64,000 nt of DNA from Candidatus Omnitrophota bacterium (GCA_028716245.1 JAQUQW010000002.1:72947-136946), one strand, 5' to 3'. Positions 1 through 9,676 are shown, numbered from the stretch's first letter. The notes: a model not told the origin generated them from the sequence alone. Translations and numbers: made by a program.

Positions 1-611
1 AAGTTATCCTGTTTGATTTAGGAAGGGTTTTAGTGGATTTTGACCACCAGCGCGCGGCACAAAGAATATCAGCTTTTTGCCCGAAGACCGCGGTTGAGAT
101 CTACAATCTTTTTTTTGAATCCCAGGTAACGGTAGCTTTTGAAGCGGGAAAAATAACCCCGGAAAATTTTTATCGGGAAGTTAAAAACACGCTGAATTTA
201 AAACTCAGCTATGCATCGTTTGTGCCGATCTGGAATGACATTTTTTTCTTAAGCCCTAAGAACCGCTCGGTTTTCCGGTTAGCTAATTCCCTGCGCGCTT
301 ATTACAAAACAGCCCTGCTTTCCAATATTAATGTCCTGCACTATGAATACGTAAAGAAAAACTTTCCGGTATTGGGGGTTTTCGATGAAATTTTTCTTTC
401 TTTTGAACTGGGAGCCATTAAACCGGACAGAAAAATCTACGAACAGGTTATCGGCCAACTGCAGGTTAGCCCGCAGGAAATATTTTATACCGATGACCGG
501 GCGGAATTAGTGGAAAGCGCCAAATCCCTGGGTGTCAGAGGCTGCGTATTTACTAATTTCCAACAGTTGGTAAACGATATTGCCCAGGCCGGAATAACTT
601 TTAAAAAATAA
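1..611 (+). CDS. HAD-superfamily hydrolase (IA-like), 5' end outside window
   Basis: Frame is open back to base 1. N-terminal VILFDLGRVLVDFD resembles the HAD motif I region and C-terminal YTDDRAELVESAKSLGV resembles HAD motif III/IV. The ORF track starts it at a GTG at 33. Confidence 0.55.
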   Translation, partial: VILFDLGRVLVDFDHQRAAQRISAFCPKTAVEIYNLFFESQVTVAFEAGKITPENFYREVKNTLNLKLSYASFVPIWNDIFFLSPKNRSVFRLANSLRAYYKTALLSNINVLHYEYVKKNFPVLGVFDEIFLSFELGAIKPDRKIYEQVIGQLQVSPQEIFYTDDRAELVESAKSLGVRGCVFTNFQQLVNDIAQAGITFKK

Positions 612-665
612 CATTTCCCGACGGTAATCCTAATGGCTATTCCCTGCTTTTTGAGCAAAAAATGC

Positions 666-700
666 TTGACAATGACAATATATTGTGGTAAAAAATTAAC
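666..700 (+). promoter_or_regulatory. candidate sigma70-type promoter (TTGACA, 17 nt, TAAAAA) upstream of the ATP-grasp/KamA cluster
   Basis: TTGACA at 666-671 followed 17 nt later by TAAAAA. It lies in a 295-nt intergenic leader. Confidence 0.25.
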
Positions 701-906
701 ATAGACACAATATTTTGCATAAATTTTTGGAGGTTGATAAACTAAGTTGGAAAAAATTGGATAGATTCCTAAAGGGCTTGCGGCATAAGTAATTTAAACC
801 GGGCCCTTTTTTTATAATGCGGGGTTAAATTATCAAGGATTTCATTAAAAAATTACGGCAAGAAAGTTAAATCCGCGGATTAATGGCGGTAAAATGAGAT
901 AAAATT

Positions 907-1896
907 ATGAAAACTGTGGGATTAACCTACGATTTAAAAACCGATTATAAATTCAAAGAAGGGGATCCGCTGGACGCCAATGCGGAATTTGATGCTCCTT
1001 CGACAATCAATGTTATTGCCGAGGCTATTGTCGCCAACGGCTTTAAAGTAAAGAAAATAGGCAATGCCAATAATCTGTTGGAAAAAATTGATAATCTGGG
1101 AGTGGATATTGTTTTTAATATCTCCGAAGGCCTAACCGGCAGGAATCGCGAGTCCCAGGTGCCGATTTTACTGGAAATGGCCGGTATTCCTTTTGTCGGA
1201 GCCGATGCCTTGACTTTAGGCTTGACTTTGGATAAGGTTATGGCTAAAAAAATTTTTATCGCTGAAAAAATCCCCACTCCTAAGTTTTTTGAAGTAAGCT
1301 CGGCGGAGGCCTTAATTAATCAGGATCATTGCCGGTTCCCATTGATTGTTAAACCGCGCTTTGAGGGTTCCTCAAAAGGCTTGAGTGAAAGTTCTCGCGT
1401 AGAAAGTACCGATGAACTTAAAAAGCAGGTGGATTTTATTACTAAAACCTACAAACAGCCGGCTTTAGTTGAGGAGTTTATCTCGGGGCAGGAGTTTACC
1501 GTGGCTATCGTCGGTAACGAAAACCCCGAAGTTATGCCGGTAGTCCAGATAAAGATAGACGGAAAATTAAAATTAAATGACAAATTTTATACTTTCGCGC
1601 GGATCACTTCCGACAGGTTAGAGTATATTTGCCCGGCAAAAATAACCAATGATTTAAAGAATAAACTGGACGATCTGGCTTTAAAGGTTTATCGCAGTGT
1701 TGAGTGCCGGGATTTTGGCAGGGTGGATTTTAGGGTTGATAATGACGGCAACCCTTATGTGCTGGAGATAAATCCGCTGCCTTCTTTATCTACCGAAGAT
1801 GTTTTTATGCTCATTGCCAAAAATATCGGCATTACTTATGACCAGATGGTCGGCAAGATTTTAAACAGCGCCATTGCGCGCAACGGGTTAAACTAG
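907..1896 (+). CDS. ATP-grasp ligase, D-alanine--D-alanine ligase family (paralog 1)
   Basis: 329 aa with Ddl-like N-terminal and ATP-grasp regions (LIVKP..EGSSKG.., EEFISGQEFTVAIVGNE). It abuts paralog 2 with no gap. Confidence 0.75.
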   Translation: MKTVGLTYDLKTDYKFKEGDPLDANAEFDAPSTINVIAEAIVANGFKVKKIGNANNLLEKIDNLGVDIVFNISEGLTGRNRESQVPILLEMAGIPFVGADALTLGLTLDKVMAKKIFIAEKIPTPKFFEVSSAEALINQDHCRFPLIVKPRFEGSSKGLSESSRVESTDELKKQVDFITKTYKQPALVEEFISGQEFTVAIVGNENPEVMPVVQIKIDGKLKLNDKFYTFARITSDRLEYICPAKITNDLKNKLDDLALKVYRSVECRDFGRVDFRVDNDGNPYVLEINPLPSLSTEDVFMLIAKNIGITYDQMVGKILNSAIARNGLN

Positions 1897-2895
1897 ATGA
1901 AAGTTGCCTTGACCTATAATTTAAAAAAGAAGGATCCGCAAAAGCCGGCGGATTATTTCTCCGAATGCGATTCGCAAGAGACGATTAATTCCGTGGTTTG
2001 TGCCCTCAAAACCAAGGGCCATTCCGTCGAGGCAATCGACGTGGAGTATCCGGCCTTATTTTCATATTTTCGGAAAAACCGCGTCGATATGGTCTTTAAT
2101 ATCGCTGAAGGAAAGCACGGCAGATTTCGTGAATCCGAAGTGCCGGCAGTGCTGGATTATTTAAACATACCTTATACCGGTTCGGACACCTTCTCTTTAG
2201 CCCTGGCCTTAAATAAGGGGCTGACTAAAAAAATATTACAGGCGGAGAATATCCCCACTCCCAATTTTCAGCTTTTCGTGAAAGGGGATGAACCGCTGGA
2301 TGCGCAGCTGCGGTTTCCATTAATTGTCAAGCCTAATTGCGAAGGATCGGCAAAAGGGATAAACAAGACCAATGTAGTTGAGAATAAAGAAGATCTTTTT
2401 AAGAAGGTTAGGGAATCTATAGATGTGTATCAGCAGGAAGCCCTGGTTGAAGAATTTATCGAAGGCAAAGAGTTGACCGTGGGGATCTTAGAAAACGGAA
2501 AAACCCACGTGCTTCCGATTTTAGAGATCGATTTTTCCAACTGTAAAAAAAGCGGAGAATATTTTTATTCCTGGAAGATGAAAGAGTTCCAAGGCAATAG
2601 CGAATTGGGGTTGGTGCCTGAATTCCATTGCCCGGCCAGGCTGGATAAAGAGGTAGAGGCCAAGGTAAAAGATGTGGCTTTGCGCACGCACCGGGCCGTA
2701 GGCTGTTTGGATATTTCCCGCACCGATATCCGTTTGGATAAATTTAATGTGCCGTATGTCTTGGAGATTAACCCTTTACCGGGGTTAGACCCCAAAGAAT
2801 CCAATTTTCCGCTAATGGCATATGCCGCAGGGATGAAGTATGAGGATCTTATTGAGGCAATACTAATGAGTGCCTCAGAAAGGAAAAAGGCTTAA
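1897..2895 (+). CDS. ATP-grasp ligase, D-alanine--D-alanine ligase family (paralog 2)
   Basis: 332 aa with the same architecture as the upstream paralog (LIVKPNCEGSAKG, EEFIEGKELTVGILENG). Confidence 0.75.
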   Translation: MKVALTYNLKKKDPQKPADYFSECDSQETINSVVCALKTKGHSVEAIDVEYPALFSYFRKNRVDMVFNIAEGKHGRFRESEVPAVLDYLNIPYTGSDTFSLALALNKGLTKKILQAENIPTPNFQLFVKGDEPLDAQLRFPLIVKPNCEGSAKGINKTNVVENKEDLFKKVRESIDVYQQEALVEEFIEGKELTVGILENGKTHVLPILEIDFSNCKKSGEYFYSWKMKEFQGNSELGLVPEFHCPARLDKEVEAKVKDVALRTHRAVGCLDISRTDIRLDKFNVPYVLEINPLPGLDPKESNFPLMAYAAGMKYEDLIEAILMSASERKKA

Positions 2896-4084
2896 ATTGA
2901 ATAACCCCGAAGGTTTAGAAAACCAAAAAGGACAGGTTGAAACGCCGGTTATGCCGCGGCCTCCAAGGCGTTGGCGCGATTATCAGCAAATTCCCCTTTT
3001 TAAAGATGTTAACCCGCTGGATTGGGAAGATTGGCATTGGCAGCTCAAACACAGGATCCGCACCAAGGAAGAATTAGCCCAGATTATTAAGCTTACTCCC
3101 CAGGAGGAAAAAGGAATTGATAAAGCCAAAGGCAGGTTGGCCATGGCCATTACCCCTTATTGGGCAAGCCTGATTGATATTGAAGATCCGGATTGCCCCA
3201 TCCGCAGGCAGTCTGTGCCGGTCGGCGATGAATTCTCGATTTCCCCGCACGAAATGGCTGATCCTTGCGCCGAGGACCGCGATTCTCCGGCGCCGCATTT
3301 GGTGCACCGCTATCCGGACAGGGTCCTGTTGTTGGCTACGGAGCATTGCGCGATGTATTGCCGGCATTGTACCCGCCGCAGGCTCGTGGGTGATCATGAA
3401 GAAAAAGAAACAAACCCTGAAACTAAATTTGACGCGGCCATAGAGTATATCAAAGCTAACCGTAAGATAAGGGATGTGTTGATTTCCGGCGGGGATCCGC
3501 TTACCTTAGAGGATGAGGCATTGGAATCCCTGATTGCCAAGATCCGCGACATATCGCATGTTGAATTATTAAGGATCGGTACGCGTATTCCGGCAACTTT
3601 ACCGCAGCGCGTTACTGAAAATCTGGTAAACATGATCAAGAAATATTCTCCGATCTGGATGAGCATTCATTTTAATCATCCCAAGGAGATCACCAAGCGC
3701 TGTAAGAATGCCTGCGATATGCTTTCTGAAAGCGGCATACCTTTAGGCAGCCAGTCGGTGCTTCTTAAGGGCATCAACGACCGGCCATTCATTATGAAGC
3801 GCCTGATGCATGACCTTCTGCAAATGAGAGTAAGGCCGTATTATATTTACCAGTGCGATCCGGTAAGGGGCACGCAGCATTTTCGCACCCCGGTAGCCGT
3901 GGGGATAAATATTATCGAGAAATTACGCGGGCACACTTCCGGTTATGCCGTTCCGACCTATGTTATCGACGGGCCCGGCGGCGGCGGAAAGATCCCTGTG
4001 GGGCCGAATTATATTCTTTCCCAGGCCAAGGGTAAATATGTGTTGCGTAATTATAAGGGTAAGATCTATACCTACCTGGAATAA
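2870..4084 (+). CDS. lysine 2,3-aminomutase family radical SAM protein (KamA/EpmB family)
   Basis: CAMYCRHCTRRR CxxxCxxC motif, LFKDVNPLDWEDWHWQLKHRI N-terminal signature and a KamA-like C-terminal tail. The ORF track uses a GTG start at 2870. An in-frame ATG at 2951 is a more likely start. Confidence 0.85.
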   Translation: MPQKGKRLKLNNPEGLENQKGQVETPVMPRPPRRWRDYQQIPLFKDVNPLDWEDWHWQLKHRIRTKEELAQIIKLTPQEEKGIDKAKGRLAMAITPYWASLIDIEDPDCPIRRQSVPVGDEFSISPHEMADPCAEDRDSPAPHLVHRYPDRVLLLATEHCAMYCRHCTRRRLVGDHEEKETNPETKFDAAIEYIKANRKIRDVLISGGDPLTLEDEALESLIAKIRDISHVELLRIGTRIPATLPQRVTENLVNMIKKYSPIWMSIHFNHPKEITKRCKNACDMLSESGIPLGSQSVLLKGINDRPFIMKRLMHDLLQMRVRPYYIYQCDPVRGTQHFRTPVAVGINIIEKLRGHTSGYAVPTYVIDGPGGGGKIPVGPNYILSQAKGKYVLRNYKGKIYTYLE

Positions 4085-4094
4085 TCTTTAAAAT

Positions 4095-4153
4095 AAAGGG
4101 ACAGTTTCTATTTTTCTTTTGTTTAATTTGATTGAAAAATAGAAACGGTCCCT
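4095..4153. repeat. family-3 long inverted repeat (AAAGGGAC[A/C]GTTTCTATTTTT arm, loop, reverse complement)
   Basis: Left arm at 4095-4115 and right arm at 4135-4153 match in 17 of 19 positions as reverse complements. It lies directly after the KamA stop and overlaps the annotated start of the next ORF. Confidence 0.8.
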
Positions 4154-4863
4154 GGATTCCTATGAAAATAAGCGCTTTTGCCATACCCGAAGTTGTTTTG
4201 GGAAAACATAACGTTAAAAACGATAAACTGGACCAGGCGGATAAACTGGTTAAGGCCAAGAAAAAAACTTATCCTCAGGTAGAGTTGGCCGGCGAGGACG
4301 CGGCAGCCGAAGCAGACGCTATAATTATTCCCAAAGACGCCAAGATGGATTTAATTCTTCGCGATTTGGATTTTGTGGAAACCCGCCTGAGTAAATCTCC
4401 GGAAGAAAAAGAAAAAATTATATTGAATAAAATGAAGGCAGCCCTGGAGAAAGAGGAGCTTATTTCCGGAATCGGATTAACCAATCAGGAAAAAGAAGTT
4501 ATCTCAGGGTATGGCTTGCTTACGCTTAAGCCGGTGGTGGTGATAAATAAAGAAGAACTGGAGAATTTGGGTGTTTTGTTGGCCAGGGTATTGGCAGAGA
4601 GCGGTTTTATAAGTTTTCTCACTGTCGGCGATAAAGAAAATCGCGCCTGGTTAATTAAGCAAGGCACTACTGCCTGGGAGGCAGCCGGAGTAATCCATTC
4701 CGATATCCAGCAGGGTTTTATCCGCGCTGAAATCATAAGTTTCGCCGATTTTATTGCCTGCGGCGGAGAAACCGGAGCCAAGCAGGCGGGTAAAATGCGG
4801 CTTGAGCAAAAAGAATACGTTATGCAGGACGCCGATTTAGTTAATTTCCGGTTCAACAAATAA
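4132..4863 (+). CDS. YchF-like protein consisting only of the helical and TGS (C-terminal) domains, with no GTPase G domain
   Basis: C-terminus ENRAWLIKQGTTAWEAAGVIHSDIQQGFIRAEIISFADFIACGGETGAKQAGKMRLEQKEYVMQDADLVNFRFN aligns to the YchF TGS domain. No P-loop or G1-G4 motifs are present. The likely real start is the ATG at 4162 (MKISAF). The first ~10 annotated codons are the right arm of the family-3 repeat. Confidence 0.65.
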   Translation: MKNRNGPWIPMKISAFAIPEVVLGKHNVKNDKLDQADKLVKAKKKTYPQVELAGEDAAAEADAIIIPKDAKMDLILRDLDFVETRLSKSPEEKEKIILNKMKAALEKEELISGIGLTNQEKEVISGYGLLTLKPVVVINKEELENLGVLLARVLAESGFISFLTVGDKENRAWLIKQGTTAWEAAGVIHSDIQQGFIRAEIISFADFIACGGETGAKQAGKMRLEQKEYVMQDADLVNFRFNK

Positions 4864-4871
4864 TTTCAAAA

Positions 4872-6428
4872 ATGGTTAAAATCAAAAGGGCCCTGATTAG
4901 TCTATCGGATAAAACCGGCATTGTGGAATTAGCCGGGCAGTTGCGGAATTTCGGCGTGGAGATTATTTCTACCGGCGGCACGGCAAAACTTTTACGCCAA
5001 AATGATATCGTAGTAACCGAAGTTTCTGAGTATACGGGGTTCCCGGAAATACTCGATGGAAGGGTAAAAACCCTGCATCCCAAGATTCACGCCGGCCTGC
5101 TTGCCCTGCGCAATAATCCTGAACATTTGCGGACATTAGCTGAGCATAATATCTTCCCCATTGATATGGTCGTAGTTAATTTATACCCTTTTGAAAAGAC
5201 TGCGCAGAAACCCGGGGCAAGTATTGAAGAGGTTATTGAGAATATCGATATCGGCGGGCCTTCCATGCTGCGTTCAGCCGCTAAAAACCATCAGTCGGTA
5301 GCGGTAATTTGTAATCCGCAGCGTTATGCGCAGGTAATCGCTGAACTTAAAAAATATAACGGCGCTTTATCCGAGGATTTAATGCGTCAATTAGGCGTGG
5401 AAGTTTACGGGCACACCAGTAAATATGACGCGGCAATTTATAATTACTTATCTAATTTTTATCAAACTAAAAAAGAAGCAGAAAATTTTCCGCAAGAGCT
5501 AGACTTAGCTTTTGAAAAAATTCAAGATTTGCGTTACGGGGAAAATCCGCATCAAAAGGCAGCTTTCTACAGGGAAAAAGGAAAATCCTCCGGCTTAATT
5601 AATTTAAAACAACTGCAAGGCAAAGAGCTTTCTTTTAACAATATCCTGGATCTTGACTCCGCGCTGGAATTGGTCAAGGAGTTTAAAAATCCGGCGGCGG
5701 TAATCGTTAAACACAATAACCCTTGCGGAGCCGCGGAAGATAAAAAATTGGACCGGGCATATTTAAATGCCTGGAAAACCGATAAGCTTTCGGCTTTTGG
5801 CGGTATTGTGGCCTTAAACCGAAAAATGGATTTGGCAACCGCCAAAGTCATACTCAAGAGCGGATTCCTAGAATGCATTATCGCTCCCGGTTTTGATCAA
5901 GAAGCGATAAATTTATTTAAAGAAAAGAAAAATTTACGCCTGCTTGAGCTAAAGGATTTGAATATTATCGATGAGCCGCAGGTCAAACGCGTCAGCGGCG
6001 GCATGCTTTTGCAGGGGAAAGATTTAGCAACCCTGGATTTGAATAACCTGAAGGTTGTCACTAAAAAGAAGCCTAGTAAAAAAGAGTTGGCAACTTTAAT
6101 TTTTGCCTGGAAGGTAGCCAAGCATGTAAAATCAAACGCCATTGTTTTGGCTTGCGGAACCAGGACCGTCGGTATTGGCGCCGGGCAGATGTCCCGCGTA
6201 GATTCGGTAATGATCGCCAAAAATAAAGCCGGAACTTTAAGTAAAAATTGCTGTTTGGCTTCGGATGCCTTTTTCCCCAAAGCAGACGCCATCTCCTGGG
6301 CGCATAAAGCCGGGGCCAAGGCGATAATCCAGCCCGGAGGCTCTATCGCCGATCAAGAAATTATCGCTGCCTGCGATAAATATAAGATTGCCATGGTTAC
6401 TACCGGCCTGCGGCACTTCAAGCATTAA
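4872..6428 (+). CDS. purH: bifunctional AICAR formyltransferase / IMP cyclohydrolase
   Basis: 518 aa with the full-length PurH pattern (ALISLSDKTG..LHPKIHAGLLA..VVVNLYPF..; C-terminal AICARFT domain). Confidence 0.92.
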   Translation: MVKIKRALISLSDKTGIVELAGQLRNFGVEIISTGGTAKLLRQNDIVVTEVSEYTGFPEILDGRVKTLHPKIHAGLLALRNNPEHLRTLAEHNIFPIDMVVVNLYPFEKTAQKPGASIEEVIENIDIGGPSMLRSAAKNHQSVAVICNPQRYAQVIAELKKYNGALSEDLMRQLGVEVYGHTSKYDAAIYNYLSNFYQTKKEAENFPQELDLAFEKIQDLRYGENPHQKAAFYREKGKSSGLINLKQLQGKELSFNNILDLDSALELVKEFKNPAAVIVKHNNPCGAAEDKKLDRAYLNAWKTDKLSAFGGIVALNRKMDLATAKVILKSGFLECIIAPGFDQEAINLFKEKKNLRLLELKDLNIIDEPQVKRVSGGMLLQGKDLATLDLNNLKVVTKKKPSKKELATLIFAWKVAKHVKSNAIVLACGTRTVGIGAGQMSRVDSVMIAKNKAGTLSKNCCLASDAFFPKADAISWAHKAGAKAIIQPGGSIADQEIIAACDKYKIAMVTTGLRHFKH

Positions 6429-6431
6429 GGT

Positions 6432-7781
6432 ATGCCCTACCCACAAGTTTTAGAATACCTGAATTCTTTCGCTAACTACGAAAAAAACACAAACTATTCC
6501 TATAAAGAAACAATCCGGCTGGCCCGTATGCGGGATTTTTTGTCTTTAATCGGGGATCCCCAAAATTCTTTGCGCGTGATTCATGTTGCCGGCACCAAAG
6601 GCAAAGGCTCGACTTGCGCTTTCACGGCCTACATTCTCAGGGAAGCGGGTTTTTCCGTCGGGCTCTATACTTCCCCCCACCTGGATGATTTTAGAGAAAG
6701 AGTAAGAATTTTGATCCCCATAAAGCCGTCATTGCGAGGGCACAAAGTGTCCGAAGCAATCTCGTCCCTTGATTTTGAAGGCATGATCTCTAAAAATGAA
6801 CTAATCGGTTTAGTCCAGGAATTAAAACCGGTAATAAATAAATACAACCGCCATTCAAAATACGGGAGGCTTTCTTTTTTTGAAGTATATACCGCGCTGG
6901 CTTTCCTGCATTTTTTGCGCAAGCAGGTTGATTTTGCAATTTTAGAAACCGGCATGGGCGGCAGGTTAGACGCTACCAATACTGCCGACTCCCTTGCCTG
7001 CGGGATTGCCCCGCTTAGCCTTGAGCATACGCAGAAACTGGGTAAAACTCTGGCCAAGATCAGCGCGGAAAAAGCAGGGATCATCAAAAGCAAAGGGGCA
7101 ATCGTAGTTTCCGCCCGGCAAGATAAAGAAGCGGCAAAAGTTATTTATAATCGGTGCAAAAAATTCCGGGCCAGGTTTTTTGAAGTGGGCAGGCAGATTA
7201 AATATTTTAAGTCCGGCCGGGAGTTTACCATCAAAGGTTTGCATAAAATTTATAAGCATCTGCGCCTGCGCCTTTTGGGAGCTCATCAAATGGCCAATGC
7301 TTCCCTGGCTGTTGGATTAGTTGAGGTTTTGAGTTTTTACGGTTTTCATATCGGCAGCTGGGAAATCCGCAGGGGCCTCTATAACACAATTTGGCCCGGC
7401 AGGTGCGAAGTGATTCAAAACAACCCCCGGATTGTTTTGGACGGGGCGCAAAATTTTTCCTCCGTGGATGTTTTAAAGAAAGCGATAAAAGAGAACTTTA
7501 AATATAAAAAACTTGTTTTGGTCTTGGGAATCTCGGATGATAAGGATATCGCCGGAATATGCAGGGTACTTAGCTCTCTGGCGGATGAGGTTATCTTGAC
7601 GGCTGCCGCAACCCCCCGGGCGCTTGACCCTGTGAAATTATCCGGCTATTTTAAGAAAAAAGTATATTTGACGCAAAGCGTAAAAGAGGCTAAAATTTTA
7701 GCTAGGAAAATAGCGCGCAAAGAGGATTTAATTTTAGTGACCGGTTCATTATTTGTGGTTGGAGAATTCAGGGATGTTTAA
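6432..7781 (+). CDS. folC: folylpolyglutamate synthase / dihydrofolate synthase
   Basis: HVAGTKGKGST Mur-ligase P-loop, 449 aa, FolC-like length and order. Confidence 0.88.
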   Translation: MPYPQVLEYLNSFANYEKNTNYSYKETIRLARMRDFLSLIGDPQNSLRVIHVAGTKGKGSTCAFTAYILREAGFSVGLYTSPHLDDFRERVRILIPIKPSLRGHKVSEAISSLDFEGMISKNELIGLVQELKPVINKYNRHSKYGRLSFFEVYTALAFLHFLRKQVDFAILETGMGGRLDATNTADSLACGIAPLSLEHTQKLGKTLAKISAEKAGIIKSKGAIVVSARQDKEAAKVIYNRCKKFRARFFEVGRQIKYFKSGREFTIKGLHKIYKHLRLRLLGAHQMANASLAVGLVEVLSFYGFHIGSWEIRRGLYNTIWPGRCEVIQNNPRIVLDGAQNFSSVDVLKKAIKENFKYKKLVLVLGISDDKDIAGICRVLSSLADEVILTAAATPRALDPVKLSGYFKKKVYLTQSVKEAKILARKIARKEDLILVTGSLFVVGEFRDV

Positions 7782-9156
7782 AGATGATTTAGAAGATACG
7801 ATTTCTGCGATTTCAACCGCTCAAGGCGAAGGCGGTATTGGTATCGTGCGTATCAGCGGCCGCAAGGCCTTGTCTATCGCCGATAAAATATTTGTTCCCG
7901 CCGGCAAAAAAAAGGCGGTAGATTTTAAGAGCTACACCATGCATTATGGAAAAATCATTGATAACGGTAAGATCGCCGATGAGGTTATCCTTTCAGTTAT
8001 GCGCAAGCCCCGGTCTTATACCCGCCAAGATGTTGTGGAGATAAATTGCCATGGGGGAATTTTGGCCCTGCGCGAAGTTTTGGATTTAACTTTAAAGAAG
8101 GGGGCCCGGCTTGCCTGGCCCGGCGAATTTACCCGGCGCGCTTTTTTAAACGGCAGGATTGACCTAGCCCAGGCAGAAGCGGTAATCGATATAATCCGGG
8201 CGAAAACCGATTCGGCGCTTAAGGTTAGCTTAGGGCAGCTAAGCGGCGGCCTGTCAAAAGAAATAAATAAGCTGCGCAAGAAGCTGCTGGATATTTTAGT
8301 AACGATGGAGGCAAATATCGATTTTCCCGATGAGTCGATCCCGCAACAGGATGCCGCGGGGATGCTTCAGGGGTTTAGAGCTATTGAGGCGCAGTTAAAT
8401 AAATTGTTGGAAGGCGCTTCCTGCGGCAGGATATTGCGCGAAGGTATCCATGTGGTCATTTGCGGAAAACCCAACGTCGGCAAATCCTCCCTTTTAAATG
8501 TTTTGCTTAAAAAAGAACGCTCGATCGTTACTCCTATTGCCGGCACTACCCGCGATGCCATCGAAGAGACGCTTGATATTAAAGGCATACCGGTAAAAAT
8601 TGTCGATACCGCCGGTATTCTTAAGCCGCGCGATCTAATCGAGAAGAAAGCCGTCCAGCGTTCAAGGGAGCATATTAAATTAGCGGACCTGGTAATTATT
8701 TTATTTGATGCAAGCCATCGGCTGGATGAAGGAGACCGGAGATTAATCAAAGAAATAAAAAATAAACCGGCGATCGCGGTAATCAATAAAATCGACCTAA
8801 AAGTCCGCATTGAAAGAGATCAAATTAGCCGGGTATTTCAGAACGTAGTTGAGATTTGCGCCAGGAGCGCAAAAAATATCAATTTACTGGAAGATGCCCT
8901 TTGCAGCCTTGTCTATAAAGGTAAACTGCACAGCCCGGAGTTCACGTTAGTGAGTAATCTGCGCCATGCGCGCGCGCTTAAAAGCGCCCAGAAGCTAATC
9001 AATCAAGCCAGGGATGCTTTAACCGGTGGACTGCCGCCGGAATTCATCGCCCAGAACCTTAAGGATGCCTGTGTTTATTTAGATGAGATATTGGGCAGGA
9101 GTTTCTCGGAAGACCTTTTAGAGAGAATTTTTACTGATTTTTGTATCGGAAAATAA
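7753..9156 (+). CDS. mnmE: tRNA modification GTPase MnmE (TrmE)
   Basis: N-terminal AISTAQGEGGIGIVRISG, G domain GKPNVGKSSLLN..DTAG, C-terminal CIGK. The real start is probably the ATG at 7774 (MFKDD). Confidence 0.9.
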   Translation: MWLENSGMFKDDLEDTISAISTAQGEGGIGIVRISGRKALSIADKIFVPAGKKKAVDFKSYTMHYGKIIDNGKIADEVILSVMRKPRSYTRQDVVEINCHGGILALREVLDLTLKKGARLAWPGEFTRRAFLNGRIDLAQAEAVIDIIRAKTDSALKVSLGQLSGGLSKEINKLRKKLLDILVTMEANIDFPDESIPQQDAAGMLQGFRAIEAQLNKLLEGASCGRILREGIHVVICGKPNVGKSSLLNVLLKKERSIVTPIAGTTRDAIEETLDIKGIPVKIVDTAGILKPRDLIEKKAVQRSREHIKLADLVIILFDASHRLDEGDRRLIKEIKNKPAIAVINKIDLKVRIERDQISRVFQNVVEICARSAKNINLLEDALCSLVYKGKLHSPEFTLVSNLRHARALKSAQKLINQARDALTGGLPPEFIAQNLKDACVYLDEILGRSFSEDLLERIFTDFCIGK

Positions 9157-9168
9157 AGCTTTAAAAGC

Positions 9169-9564
9169 TCAAAACAGGTTTTCTTTATTGGTAAGGGCTT
9201 TGGATATTTCCTTGGATAGGCTGGCTAAGGAAAAAGGCTTGACCAGGTAACCGACCACCCCTAACGCGGAGGCCTTCTTTATATCCACCGAGTCACCAAG
9301 GCCGGAGATAATGATTATCGGGATAGCTTGGGTTTGCGGGTCATTATTTAAAATCTCGCAGATTTCAAATCCCCCAAGATCCGGCATAAGCAAATCTAGC
9401 AGTATAAGGTCGGGTTTAAATGAATTAATGGAACTTGAGACATCCTTGGATTCTTTACAAACCATGACTTCAAAACCCGAACCGCTTAGATAGTCTTTTA
9501 ATAGGGAGAGGACTTCTTCCTGATCGTCAACGACGAATATTCTTTTTTTCGGAGCCTTATCCAT
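9169..9564 (-). CDS. single-domain response regulator (CheY-like receiver)
   Basis: 131 aa with VVDD acidic pair, phospho-acceptor in LILLDLLMPDLGG and a conserved Lys in LVKPF. Confidence 0.8.
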   Translation of the reverse strand: MDKAPKKRIFVVDDQEEVLSLLKDYLSGSGFEVMVCKESKDVSSSINSFKPDLILLDLLMPDLGGFEICEILNNDPQTQAIPIIIISGLGDSVDIKKASALGVVGYLVKPFSLASLSKEISKALTNKENLF

Positions 9565-9676
9565 AATTAATAAAAGTTTATTTTATAGGGGTATTCAACT
9601 TTGCTTATTAGTATAATTATTTTTGGGCAATAGTCAATAAAACTTATTGCAGAAAGCCAATTTTCATTAGATAATA

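Noticed and set aside
612-906. Lysine (L-box) riboswitch in the leader of the putative beta-lysine operon
   Set aside because: I looked for the conserved L-box helices and the GAGGCGC / AGAGG-type boxes and could not find a convincing match by eye. I kept only a generic structured-leader observation.
945-1277. Antisense ORF inside ATP-grasp paralog 1, and similar antisense ORFs in KamA (3074..3397, 3394..3666), purH (5567..6319) and folC (6665..7289)
   Set aside because: All are embedded in genes with strong motif support on the opposite strand, and no independent start signals or domains are visible.
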